Below are positions 1 through 12,183 of a stretch of DNA of 64,000 bases, piece by piece (positions within the stretch are counted from its first letter, which is position 1; each line of letters starts with the position of its first letter). The notes under the pieces were generated by a model, which did not search any database, was not told the origin of the DNA, and saw only the letters and a program-made list of their open reading frames with translations. The stretch is taken from assembly GCF_044704955.1 (NCBI RefSeq), contig NC_091999.1, forward strand, positions 14,322,001 through 14,386,000, written 5' to 3'. A program made the position numbers and the translations under genes. This stretch comes from Pristiophorus japonicus. Its lineage: Eukaryota.

Positions 1-425
1 CCATCTAACAAAACAAAACCAGGGATTATTGCCAATCTGATACATACCTCCATACATAAAGTACCAGAAAGTGTTCTTTACACAGAACAACAATGTTCCC
101 ACAGCCACAGTCGCCGTTTTCTCGGTGCAATATTTGGTTTTGAGCTTCTGACAACAAATGGCTATACTTCGATCAAAGGTAAAAACAACTGTGAACCAGA
201 CGGAACAGTCTGTGACTGCGTAAAGCAGGATGGCATGGATATTAAACACTTTAATCTTCCACATGAACTCAAACACGGTCCAATAACGAATAGGAATCTT
301 CCTGGATATCAGGTCGAGGATAACGACCAGTAGACCCGCCGCTGCCATTGCCACCAGGTAACGGCTGACACACTTGGAGAGACCGCACCTTCCTCGAGAC
401 AGGATCATTATCGTCACTAAGTTCA
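1..425 (-). CDS. GPR139-like class A GPCR, exon 2 (TM1 end to ECL2; continues beyond the left edge)
   Basis: Acceptor tttctctttcttgcag|TG at 426/425. Open frame (V)NLVTIMILSRGRCGLSKCVSRYLVAMAAAGLLVVILDLISRKIP...YAVTDCSVWFTVVFTFDRSIAICCQKLKTKYCTEKTATVAVGTLLFCVKNTFWYFMYGGMYQIGNNPWFCFVRW matches the GPR139/142-type TM2-TM4 pattern. Confidence 0.88.
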
Positions 426-524
426 CTGCAAGAAAGAGAAAAACAGGGAATTTATATTTCAGATTGAGAGCAACAACAGCTGCCTCAAAGAATTATGTGT
501 GAAATGTGTCAGGATTAAATGAAC

Positions 525-835
525 CAGCCAATGGGACTTATGATGTTTGGGGACTAATGAAATCATTGGATGGGACCCTGTGCTGTTTGGGTCAGGACTG
601 ATTACACCAGCGGATGGGACGTGTGGTGTTTGGCACAGGTACTGAAAGAACCAATAGATGGGACGTGTGGGTGTCGGGACAGGGACTGAATGTACCAATG
701 GATGGGATGTGTGGGTGTTGGCTCTGGACTGAATGTACCAGTGGATAGGATGTTTGGTTGTTGTGACAGGGAGCGAGTGAAGCGGTGGATGTGATGTGTG
801 GGTGCTGGGTCATGACTGAAAGAATTAATGCATTG
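525..835. repeat. Degenerate minisatellite (~44-bp unit) in the GPCR intron
   Basis: Repeated accaatggatgggacgtgtgggtgtt..gactgaatgt units. Confidence 0.7.
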
Positions 836-949
836 GACTTTTGCCAGGTGGGCAAAGCTCCGAATGAGACTATGATTTAATGCCATATCCAAGTCAGAGG
901 GAGCAATAATTCAGCACAAGAAGCCGCGAGTTTGTGAATAATCTGTGTC

Positions 950-1120
950 CATTGAGGGGAATAGAGTCATTGTCCAGGGATGCGAATGTAGTATGAGGAC
1001 AGCGAGGGGAATGGAATCTGTGTCCAGGGAGGAGAATGGAGTTGTGGGCCAAGGGAGGGAATGGAGTCTGTGGCCAAGGTGGGGAATGCCATCTGTCGCC
1101 AGAGAGGGGAATGGCGTCTT
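950..1120. repeat. Degenerate ~26-bp minisatellite
   Basis: Repeated gagggaatggagtctgtggcca-like units. Confidence 0.6.
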
Positions 1121-1941
1121 TGGCGAGGTTACTGCGGTTGTGTCGATGGCTGAAGAAGATGAATTGAATTGTATTATGTGTCGAAATCAGAACCTTTCCA
1201 ACCATTGTATTGAAAGTATACTTTGTAACTGGCTTAAGCTGACTTTCCAACAATATTGCAAATAATCTTTAAAGAAGGGACTGTCACTTTACAATAGACT
1301 GATGATGACCCATGTTGTAAGATGTCACAGAAGATTTTCGAACGTGTCTGTTTACAGCTGGAACCGTGTCAATCAACTGCCTTTCAGCTGGTGTGAGAAA
1401 GTTACAGACTTCCAGTTGACAGAGAGAGTTTGAGACTGGAAATATCAAAATATTTCACAATATAGTACTCCATTTTGAATAGTTGCCACCGTGCGGTCCA
1501 CACCGAGATCTCCTGAACTGTGGCTGAACAAGGGAAATAAATCAATTCAAACACAACTGAATAAATATTTTACTGGAAGACCCTGTCCTGATCATCTGGA
1601 ATTAATGACTGTGAGGCAGAGCGGGAGGCGGTGGAAATTACGACAACTGTCTATAGCTGAATCATTAGTGGATAATGTCTCATATATCAGTGTATTTGTG
1701 AAGGATCTCTCAACGCTGATTTCCACAGATCAGTGTCATTAACAATAACCAGCAGTCCTTAAAACACTTGTTACCGCTGAACACATATTTATTATCCAAC
1801 ACTGGGCATCAGTGCAGAAAGCTGACTGGAAGCTGTTCAATAATATAATCGTTCACTAACATATCTTGTGTCAATAAAATCACATTTCTGTCAAATCCTG
1901 TAAACCATTATCACTGGAAGCAAGTTGTGGAAACAACACAC

Positions 1942-2152
1942 TGTTCATTGAACTGGGATCAGCGAATCAGCAAATTATCAAACATTACATGACAGAAACT
2001 TCCGTGCATTGCCAGACATAGAACAAGAGGTTTAAATTGTGAAAACATCATGTTGTTCATTGAACTGGGAGCAGCGAATTAACAAATGATCAAACATTGC
2101 ATGACAGAAACTTCTTTGCATTGCCAGACACAGAACATGAGGTTTAAATTGT
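1942..2152. repeat. ~112-bp tandem duplication
   Basis: Two copies of tgttcattgaactggga...gaggtttaaattgt. Confidence 0.8.
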
Positions 2153-2239
2153 ATACAATTAATAACTAGAACTAAAGGACAAGGTCAGCAAATACAGAGA
2201 AACATGGGTTACATAATTAATTGCAGATGAAGGGCTCAC

Positions 2240-2336
2240 CAGGAACACCAACAGCAGCGAGGAGCGGGTAATAAATACGTTCCACATTGAAAAATGCCCA
2301 CAGGATCCAAAGCTCAGTTGGAATCTCCCAGAACAT
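2240..2336 (-). CDS. GPR139-like GPCR, exon 1 (N-terminus and start of TM1)
   Basis: ATG at 2336-2334; MFWEIPTELWILWAFFNVERIYYPLLAAVGVP followed by a phase-1 donor G|GTGAG that joins exon 2 in frame (G+TG=Val). Confidence 0.85.
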
Positions 2337-2427
2337 GATTTGACTTTCTGTGAGCTCCAATGAGCACTGTTCGTTTTAGACAACAACTTCAGTCAAATAT
2401 TGCTATACAGACTTTTTAAAAAATCTC

Positions 2428-2435
2428 TATTTATA
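2428..2435 (-). promoter_or_regulatory. Candidate TATA box of the GPCR gene
   Basis: TATAAATA on the minus strand about 95 nt upstream of the ATG. Confidence 0.45.
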
Positions 2436-2794
2436 GCCTGAGAGAACTATCCAGTGAGACAATTAAACTGCACACTGAAGGATCTTAATCACAGTCACTG
2501 AATAAACAAGTTGTCCGAACCGTTTCTTTGCATCACTTTTAATTGCAAAATATCTTAAAAGCAACGTGGCTTTTCAGATCAAATAACTTTAGCCAAAACC
2601 AAGCACTATTGGTAAAAGCAGAAATATTTAATTCCACAGAATCACAGCATGCATGTGAAAGGAGCAGCTTCATTTAGGGAGTTTCTATTATTGCTGAGAT
2701 GTAAAATAACTCTGTAATTTCATATTTTCAATTCACTTCTCGGGGTAACACAAGTGAAATAAAACAAATGGAAGGATAGATGCAGGCTAAGTAA

Positions 2795-3130
2795 AGGTCA
2801 GTAACATACATGGGAACTGACAGTACAGTGCTAATTAAAGATACATGAGGACTGATAATACAATGGTCAGTAAGGGTACATGGTGACTGTTAATATAATG
2901 GTGAGGAAGGATACATCGGGACTGATAATACAGTGGTCAGTTAGGATACATGGGGACAGATAATACAGTGGTCAGTAAGGGGACATGGGGCGGATTATAT
3001 ATTGGTCAGTAACGGTTCATGGGGACAGATAATACAGTGGTCAGTAAGGGCACATGGGGACAGATAACATATTGGTCAGTAAGGATACATGTGTGCTGTT
3101 AATACAATGGTCAGTAAGGATTCATGGCGA
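2795..3130. repeat. ~35-bp minisatellite
   Basis: About 9 copies of ggtcagtaaggatacatggggacagataatacagt. Confidence 0.85.
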
Positions 3131-3179
3131 CCGATGCCATACTGACAGTCACATGCCATCCTATCGTTTATTTTCCTCA

Positions 3180-5257
3180 GAGTAGGGAATGGAGAGACTG
3201 GAGGTGAGGAATGGAGATGAAAGGAGCAGAGAGGTGAGGAGGGGAGAAGAGAGAGGACAGGAGGCGGGGTGGGGGGGAGTAGACGATTGGAGGTGTCTGC
3301 AGAGGAGAGGAGAGGATGGGAATAAGAGAGCACAGGTGAGGGGAGGAGATGCGTGGAGTGGAGTGGAGAAGACAGCAGAGCAGAGTAGAGGATGGGAGGT
3401 GAGAGGAGAGGGTGGGATGATAGGATAGAGGAGAGGGGAAGTAGAGAGGAGCACAGAGGAGAGCAGGGCAGAGAGGGATGGATGAACGGAGAAGAGAGTT
3501 GATAAGAGGAAAGGAGAGGACAAGAGAAGAGAAAAGAGGAGAGAAGAGAAGCTAGGAGAGGGGAAGAGAGGAGAGGAGGGAAATGGAGATGATAGTGTAG
3601 GGGAGAGGGGAGGAGAGGAGAGTGGAATGGAGGTGAGGAGAAGGTAGGGGAGAGGAGAGGGATGAGAGAAGAGGAGGAGAGGAACAGAGCTTTGAAGGGA
3701 GGAATGGAGAGAAGTGGAGAGGGGAGAGAGGATGAGAGGGAAGGAGAGTCGAGGAAAGGAGAGGAGAAGGGCGGTGGGAGAGCAGAAGAGAGACCATCAG
3801 ACGAGAGGAGAGGAAGAGAGTGGGGAGAACAGGAGTGAGAAGAGATGATAAGGGAGGGGAGGAGAGGGGAGAAGAGAGGGGAAGTGGAGAGGAGAGTGCA
3901 GGAGAGCGGAGCTTTGAAGAGTCGAGTAATGGAGAAGAGAGTAGAGGAGATGAGAGGAGAGGAGAGAAAAGAAGAAAGCAGAGTGGAGAGAGGAGGGTAG
4001 TAGATTAGAGGAGAGGAGAGGACAAGAGAGGGGACAAGGGAGGAGAGTAGAGGAGAGGATAAGAGAGGATAGGAGAGTGGGTAGCGGAGAGGTGGGTAGA
4101 GGTGAATGGAAAAGAGGGGGGCAGTTAGAGGAGAGAAGAGGAGAGAGAAGACAGTGAATGAGAGGAGGATATGAAAAGAGAGTATAGGAAAGGAGAGCAG
4201 AGGAGAGGAGAGGGGAGGAGGGGGAGGAGATGAGTGGAGAAGAGAGGAGTGGAGAGGGTACAGGAGAGCAGAGGGAAAGAGAGGAGCGGGGAGGAGAAGA
4301 GAGGGTAGAACATCAGAGGACACAAGTGAGGAGAGGAGTTAAAATGAAAGGGAAGAATAGGTGAGGAGGAGAGGAGAGGCGAGAGGAGAGGAGGGGAGAA
4401 TTTAGAGGAGTGAGTAGAGATGATTGGAGTGGAGAGGAGTGGAGAGGAGAGAGGAGAGTGGAGTGAGAAGCGACTTAAAAACTGGGGAGAGGAGAGGATA
4501 GGTGAGGATAGGGGAGGAGAGGAGATGAGAGAGCAGAGGAAAGGAGATGAGAGGAGAATGGCGGAGAGGGAAGGGGAGGAGAAGACGGTAGGGGAGAGGG
4601 GAAGACAGGAGAATGGAATAGAGGCGTGGAGAATGTAGGCGAGAGGGGAGAAAATGAGGACACAATAGAGTTGAGGAGAACAGCTGGAGGAGAGTTGCAG
4701 AGAGGGGAGGAGAGGGGAGAGGAGAGGGGAGAGGACGGGAAGACAGGTGACGAGAGAAGTGGAGAGGAGAGGGGAGGAGATGGGAGAAAGGATGAGCCGA
4801 GTGGAGAAGATAGGCGAGGAGAGGGGAGAGGAGGAGATAAGATGAAAGGATAAGGAAGTGAGCAGAGGGGAGAGGAGAGGAGAGGAGTGTGGCAGAGAGG
4901 AGAGGCGAGAGGAGGAGAGTAGTGGAGAGGGGAGGAAAAGAGAGACGAGGGGAGAGAGGAGGGTAGAAATGATCAGGAAGGGGACAAGCGTGTAGGGGAG
5001 GAGTCGGGAGAAGAAAGCAGAGCAGGGGAGAGTAGAGCAACGGAGAGTATATAACGGAGAGGAGAGGAGAGGAAAGTGGAGTGAAGAGGGAAGGGGATTA
5101 GAGGAGAGGACTGGGGAGAGGAGAGGAGAGAGTAGACGCGACGGTAGGAGAGGAGAATAGAGTAGAAGAGGGGAGAAGGTAAGGGAGAGGAGAGGAGATG
5201 AGCATAGGCGAGACATGAGGAGAGAGGAGGGGAGAGGTGAGGGGTGAGGAGGGGAGG
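3180..5257. repeat. 2.1-kb polypurine (GGAGA)n-type low-complexity tract
   Basis: Plus strand almost entirely G/A with a degenerate gagag/ggaga period. It produces the spurious Leu/Ser/Pro-rich ORFs. Confidence 0.95.
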
Positions 5258-5880
5258 TGTTGAGGTAAAAAGGAGGCTTCTTTCTTTCAAGGTGGACGAA
5301 CTGATGTTGTTAATCGATACTTGCCCGTTCGTTGGGCTAAAAGGAGGCTTCTCTCCCTCGGGATGGACTAACTGATATAGTTAATCGATACCTCGCCCAG
5401 CTTCCCACTGTATAACGACTAAGGAAGTAAACAAACGAAACCTCAGGTTTATCGCTATTATTACGAGCAATGCACGGGAAGGTTCAGTCTTGGAACCACC
5501 GAAATAGAAGTGTTTTCAAGCATAATTTATACAGTTGTTGGAGAGGAGTTACAGTGATTTGTTGACTCTTATCAGACGGGCTCTGAATGGTACATACAAC
5601 TGCCCATCTCTCATCATTGTTTTGTTTCATTTTGCCCTCTACCCCAGTCTATCCGACGCCTGGTGTGGTTGTCCTGACTTCTTTATCTCTTCTCAGGGAC
5701 CTTTAAACAAAACTGCTGACTTTGGCTGTTTAAGTGTTACTAAGGTTAAGCTATAATATAATGCGTATACGTGTGTTATACCTTTATAAGCAAGTGTTAC
5801 ATACATAGGCAATAGATAAGTTCTCAACCTTCGGCATAATTCTGACCCCCTATCTGGAACCTTACTATTTATCCGTTACA
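5258..5880 (-). repeat. 3' LTR of the ERV
   Basis: Homologous to 16172-16831, including an internal ~70-bp duplication (ggcttctctcc..ggactaactgatatagttaatcga). Starts TG on the minus strand directly after the PPT. Confidence 0.88.
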
Positions 5881-5890
5881 ATTCCCCCCG
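5881..5890 (-). other. Polypurine tract (PPT)
   Basis: Minus strand GGGGGGAAT immediately before the TG of the 3' LTR. Confidence 0.75.
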
Positions 5891-6099
5891 AATGGCCCTT
5901 GACTATATGCCCAAGATAGGCCAGTTTGCAATTAATTCCACATGGGTGAGCTTCCAGGGTTGTCCTTTCACTTGGGTAGTGCTACTTCCCGAGCGCCTGG
6001 AGCTACCTGTTGGCTTCCCGATCAAGGTTATACTGTCTGGACTGTCTGATTTCCCTTTCTTCAATGTTTTAACTATAGTACGGGCTAGGGCTTATGTCG

Positions 6100-8060
6100 G
6101 TTACAGCTTTTAAAAGGATAATACTATCAAGGTGAGTACCCTTGCACTACAACCAGTAGATTGAGTCCAGCATAGTTCGTGTATCATCCTTTTTAGCCAA
6201 CATTATCTCGGTGTTCGAATTATGCCCCACCTGGGGTATCTGCTGTTTCTTCTAACTTCACTCCACTTTGGGTCTTCTCTATTCTGCCGAATTTCTGCCC
6301 CGCCTGGAGTATCCTCTATCTTGTCGGATGGTGTCCAATTCATTCGAGTTTGTTTCTCTTTCAGTTCGAGTATCGGTTTTCCTTGTAGCCCGATGGCCTT
6401 CGCATAACCTCCTCAGGTAATGTCCATCATTGTCCCATCGATCATTCCTCCTTTAGCTCAGGGGATATAATAAACCCATTTATATCTATCTCGTCAAGTG
6501 GAGTAAAGCAGAAGTCAATATCCATAATGGTGCATGAGGTGTTCCTTTCTTCATTTCAGTTGCCGTGGTGCTCACACATCAATCTCCATATCCTCGTGGA
6601 ACAGCGATAATTTAGTAGTAATATGTTAGGGGGTGATACTCAAGGTGCACCCGCCCACTTGGTTATATCCACAGTCATCTTTAATCATTCGCAGTGGATC
6701 TCGACATAAAGCAACTTGGTTATTTTTATAACAATCTACATATGCTGAGACTCTTAGTACTGTTGTTCTCTTCAGTTACATTTCTGGTTTGTCATCGTAC
6801 CGCACAGAGTTTGATTCGTTATTTATCCTACATTGTTTGGTGTAGAGGATCTTCCGTTGTCTCATCATACCGTGGTATAGATAATATAAAATCTATTTAA
6901 ATGTCCGGATACACAGCTGGCCTTTGGCCCCAAGCATGACTGTTTCCCTACACCTCGCAGGCATGAGTCATGTTTTTATCTAAGGTCCAGTTGGTAAATA
7001 CATCGAGTGTTATCCAATTCGGCACCCTTCCATACTGAAGCTGCTCAATGTTATGTTGTATTCAATTGAGCAACCATGCTCCATATCCTGCACGTACTAG
7101 TTCTGTCTGTATGGTTTTACTTAAGTTGCGTTCTGCTCTGTTCAATTATAGTTCTGGTATGGTCTCGCAATGTGTGGGCCACTGTAATAATTCGCTTTCT
7201 GCGCCATTACCCAGCTGTGCCTGTATCTTTTCATTATCCTCATCCATTTCCAGCAATCCCTGTGAGATTCGTGTTCGGGTGTTAACTCAATCATCTATCG
7301 TATGTAGGTCTATAATGTCACAATTCCCGCAGCGTATCCTGCCGCGTTACCTTCCCTGTATCCTGCCACGTACCATTTCTAGTATTCCTCTTTTTCCCCT
7401 GTCCCGTTTTTTACCTGTCCCTCTTTCCACATTAAACTTCATGGTTTTTGATTCAGGGCCTTTACGTGCTCGCAGGGTTGGGGTTCTATACAGGCTTATA
7501 CTGTTTAACCCGAAGACGTTGGGGTAGTTATATTGTTAAAATTTAGGAAAACATAATTATTTGCTGACATACCCTGAAGTGTATCTTATCCTTGGTCTGC
7601 CTTATCAATTTATCTTTTGCCCCAGCGTTCAGAGTTGGACACATTTGTAGCGCTGGGGGTGTGAAGGTCGAGGCCCTGGTAATGCTCACTGTTGCTAAAG
7701 TAGTGGGTGGGGCCGTGTTGATGGGTCTATCGCTGGAGATATCCCTCCACCACCATTCATAGGTGTTGAGTGAAATGTGCACCCCCTTCCCAGGGTGCAC
7801 TGTGTTTGTCCCTCCGCGGTTTTATTCCCACTAATTATGGTCCCGTATTATTGGCCCATTCCCAATGTTGATTCATTTCCTTGTTACATTGTTTTATGCC
7901 TGTTATTTATTTCTACTGCTGTTCGGTCCGTCACCATCAGTGTTTTTGATTCTTTATTAAACTAATGTCGCCCGAGTTCCGGTAATACAGGCCTGGCCAT
8001 CCCTCAGTCTGTTGTCCTTGATATGAGGCCGCGTTAGCCCACGTTGTATCCACGAGCATT
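6100..8060 (-). pseudogene. env: ERV env remnant with fusion (F)-protein-like layout
   Basis: Furin site RGKR at 7400-7389, then GILEM..AGYAAGI fusion-peptide-like residues, GYGAWLL..IQHNIEQLQYGRVPNWI, a Cys-rich block (CYKNNQVALCRDP..DDCGYNQVGGCTL..CVSTT..CTIMDIDFCFTP) and a hydrophobic LNLLVVVQG near 6150. Many stops and frameshifts. Candidate acceptor ttttttacag near 8067. Confidence 0.75.
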
Positions 8061-8399
8061 AGAGTCCTGTAAAAAACAATATTTTCCGGTCATCACCGGT
8101 TAGTTAGTGACCATGCTTTTTTAGCTGGGTGCAGTGTTTCCACTTGCCGACACCCCTTATAACTACCATAACTTACCATTACTACCTGATGGGGACCGGA
8201 CATCTCTGGGGTAATCTCTTGACTGCCTATTTGGGATGTTTAGACCTTCTGTTTCTTAGTGTCGTTCTCTAAATCCTTGATTTGCTAATCTCTAGCCTGT
8301 GTCTTTAAATTATGTAACAGCTTATAGATTTCCATTACAAATTTCCTTTTTTTTTTCGTTCAAAGGGTGTCAGTCCTGTCGTCCTACTAGAGGTTGCCT

Positions 8400-11300
8400 T
8401 GAGCTTTATTTATACTCGGGGTATCCTGTGTACCCGTCCCTTTCCAGTCTCCTTGATATGGGATATTTTTGCCTGATCCCTGGGCGCAGGCTTATTTGAT
8501 ATCTTCCCTGTGAAGTGTGTACCTTGATCTGAGTTCAGCTGTAGTGCCATTATTTATTTTGCTAGGATCCTGGCCATGGTTTCTACTGAACAATTCCTAG
8601 TGGCGAAAGCTTCTAACCACTTCATAAACTGGTCTATTATAACTAAGCAGTATGCCTTCCCCTTGTTGCTGGGTAACAGTCTCGTAAAATCTATCTGCAA
8701 TTTTTCCCAGGGTCCCTTCGGTCGGGGCTGATGTCCCATTCTGACCGATACTTTTCCCCCTGGGTTGTATTTTGTACATATCACGCACTTTCTACAGTGA
8801 TCCTCGATATCTCTACCTATTCCGTTCCACCACCAGCATCTGGACATCAAGCTTATCATATTGGTTCTACCTGTATGGACGTATCCGTGGTATAAATTTA
8901 ATAGACTCCCTTGGACGCATTCCGGGGCCACCACATTACCATCTTTCTTCCATATCCCGTCGGTCCCTTGTTGGGCCCTCTCTGCTTCTACCCCTCCTTT
9001 TCCTGTGGAGTGGTTTCTCCCTGTACCTTAAGCATGTTTACTTCCTCAGGCCCGATTGTAGATGCTCCGACCTGGGCTTCACTGTCCAGTATACCTGTCT
9101 CTGCCACTCGCTTGGCTGCTTCATCTGTCCATGCATTCCCCTGTTGATACTGATCATTATTTTTTAGGTGCACTTTGACCTTTATTTTCACACACTCCTG
9201 GGGTAGGAGGGAGGCTTCCACTCGGTGTTTAACAATTTCCTTGTGTTTAATCAGCCCTCCTCCTGAGGTCATGTATCTCGTCTGCTCCAAGCTATCATAT
9301 AATCATGCACTACTCCGAAAGCATATTGACTATCTATATAGATGTTTACTATTTTTCCCCTAGCCAGCCTCAGAGCCTCAGTGCGAACTACTAATTCGAC
9401 CACTTGAGCGGATAGACTCTCTTCTAACCGTCCTTTCCCTGTGACCCGTCCGCTGCTATCTACCTTAGCCCATCCCGTCCATGGTGTCCCATTGATATAG
9501 CGCCGACACCCATCTACATATAGATCCATGTCTGCCTCCTCAAACCGGGCTTCACTTGCCTGACTACTTCCCTCATCTTCTTCTGTTGGGCTACACTGAT
9601 GCTCCTCTCCCTCTGTAATGATTCACCCTGCAGGGGTTTACAGTCGTCTTTTATTATTGTTACCGTCCCGTTGGGGGTGGGGGAGGGGGTGGGGGAAGAG
9701 AGCATTGATTCATTATGCATTAGATACGGTTTCAGCCTTCCAGTGTTAAGTAAGTCGACGAAGGTATGCTGGGTATGTAGAATAATGCATCCTGACATTA
9801 TTATTGGTTCGCTAACTCTGATGGCCCAAGCCGCACAGTCTAGGGCAGCAACATAGAACATAATAGAACATCAGAATTAGGAACAGGAGTAGGCCATCTA
9901 GCCCCTCGAGCCTGCTCCGCCATTCAAAAAGATCATGGCTGATCTGGCCGTGGATTCAGCTCCACTTACCCGCCCGCTCCCCATAACCCTTGATTCCCTT
10001 ATTGGTTAAAAATCTATCTATCTGTGATTTGAATACATTCAATGAGCTAGCCTCAACTGCTTCCTTGGGCAGAAAATTCCACAGATTCACAACCCTCTGG
10101 GAGAAGAAATTCCTTCTCAACTCGGTTTTAAATTGTCTCCCCCGTATTTTGAGGCTATGGCCCCTAGTTCTAGTCTCCCCGACCAGTGGAAACGACCTCT
10201 CTTCCTCTATCTTGTCTATCCGTTTCATTATTTTAAATGTTTCTATTAGATCACCCCTCATCCTTCTGAATTCCAACGAGTAAAAACCCAGTCTACTCAA
10301 TCTATCATCATAAGGTAACCCCCTCATCTCCGGAATCAGCCTAGTGAATCGTCTCTGTACCCCATCCAAGGCCAGTATATTCTTCCTTAAGTAAGGTGAC
10401 CAAAACTGCACGCAGTACTCCAGGTGCGGCCTCACCAATACCCTGTACAGTTGCAGCAGGACCTCCCTGCTTTTGTACTCCATCCCTCTCGAAATGAAGG
10501 CCAATATTCCATTCGCCTTCCTGATTACCTGCTGCACCTGCAAACTAACTTTTTGGGATTCATGCACAAGGACCGGGGTCCCTCTACACCACAGCATGTT
10601 GTAATTTCACCCCATTCAAATAATATTCCCTTTTACTGTTTTTTTTTCCAAGGTGGATGACCTCATATTTTCCGACATTATATTCCATCTGCCAAACCTT
10701 AGCCCATTCGCTTAACCTATCTAAATCTCTTTGCAGCCTCTCTGTGTCCTCTACACAACCCACTTTCCCACTAATCTTTGTGTAATCTGCAAATTTTGTA
10801 ACACTACACTCCGTCCCCTCTTCCAGGTCATCTATGTAATGCACCTGGACAGTCCTGCAGCTGCAGGTTGCGGTTTATCTGAGTAATATGCCACTGGTCT
10901 ATGCCTGCCCCAATGTAATTGAATCACTACTGCGTAATAATGATGGTTAATATGGTAGGTATAGACGTGAAAGGACCTATTCTGGTCTGGTAGTCCCAGG
11001 GCTGGAGCACTTGTGAGAGTTTGTTTTAACTGCACACATGCAGTTTCTTGATCTAGGCCCCAGTTTACTGGCTCTTGGGATGGTTTCCACCCTTTGACCT
11101 GGTCCTGTATAGGTTAGGCCACCTTGGCATATTCGGGAATAACATTTCTGCAGTAGTTGAATAGCCCTAGTACCTGCCTGACCCCTTTCACGGTTCCTGG
11201 CCTGGGGATTGATTGAATTGCTTCCTTTCTGTCCTCGGGCATCTATCTCTTCCCTTGTGATATTATGTATCCTAGAGATGTTACTTCACTCCTTCCTTCT

Positions 11301-12060
11301 CTTACGTCTACTGGATCCAACATCCCTGACAATATTCGATGAAATATGCTCCGGCTGTTATGGAATCCCTGTGGTACTCTGGCCCATGTGTATTGTTTTC
11401 TCTTTACCATGAAGGCAAATTTTCCTTGGGACTCTTTGTCTAAGGATATGGCCCAAGTTCCATTCGCTATATCCAGCACGGTGAATATCTTATGTTCTGG
11501 ATCCAGGCCATTAAAAATTGTGGCCGGACTTGCCACTATTGGGTGTTCTCGGGGAGTCGCCTTATTCAATAGTCATAATAGTATAATCGATAGTCAGTCG
11601 GTAAGACCTGTCGGGTTTCTTTCCCGGCCACACAGGTGAATTAGTGGAGGCTATTACATGTTTCAATGCACTTTGCTCCTCTAATTCCTGTACTATGTGG
11701 CAGACCGCTACCTCAGCTTCGGGTGTTTATTGGTACTGTCGGTGAGCTTTCTGTTCGGGTCCAGGAATTTTGATGGGTGGTATCTCTGCTAATCCACAAT
11801 CATGTTTGTATTGTCCTCACAGGGTCGGGTATAATTGGCACACACTGCCAATTGTACCCTTATCTCCCTTAATGTATCGATGCCCAATATGTTGTTTTCT
11901 GTGTTCTGACAGCACCAAAACTGAGCAGGTAGCATTACCCCCTGTACTTCCAACAACACCATCTCACTTAGGGTTGCTTTCAGATATTCCCCACCCTCTC
12001 CTTGTATGTTGACGGTCCCATGGGTCAGGGGCAAATCTAAGTTTGTTATTGGGTGGTCTC
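8400..12060 (-). pseudogene. pol: ERV pol remnants (PR, RT, tether, RNase H, integrase)
   Basis: PR C-terminus NILGID; RT FTVLDIANG..YTWARVPQGFHNS; tether TSAPALGLPD..RPVAYYS; RNase H LYVDG..SAQVVEL..NIYIDSQYAFG; IN HHCC finger, LQIDF and NSDQGTHFTG. Confidence 0.88.
9851..10838 (-). mobile_element. 5'-truncated CR1 LINE inserted in ERV pol
   Basis: RT C-terminus (RPHLEYCVQFWSP), 3' UTR and TTCTATG-type tail. The flanking pol frame rejoins as GLSRCI-AALDCAAW. Confidence 0.92.
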
Positions 12061-12183
12061 TGGTTGAGGCGGTGGTGTCAGTGGTACCAGTGGTACTGGT
12101 ACCTATCTGAGCATGTCCATCAGCTCTTCCCTGGTTAATGGTGTTCCCTTCTTTGCCTGTTGGTGGCCTCGCCTTCCCGTGCC

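Noticed and set aside
3076-5290. Long Leu/Ser/Pro-rich ORFs (415 aa, 363 aa and others)
   Set aside because: By-products of the polypurine tract, which lacks stop codons.
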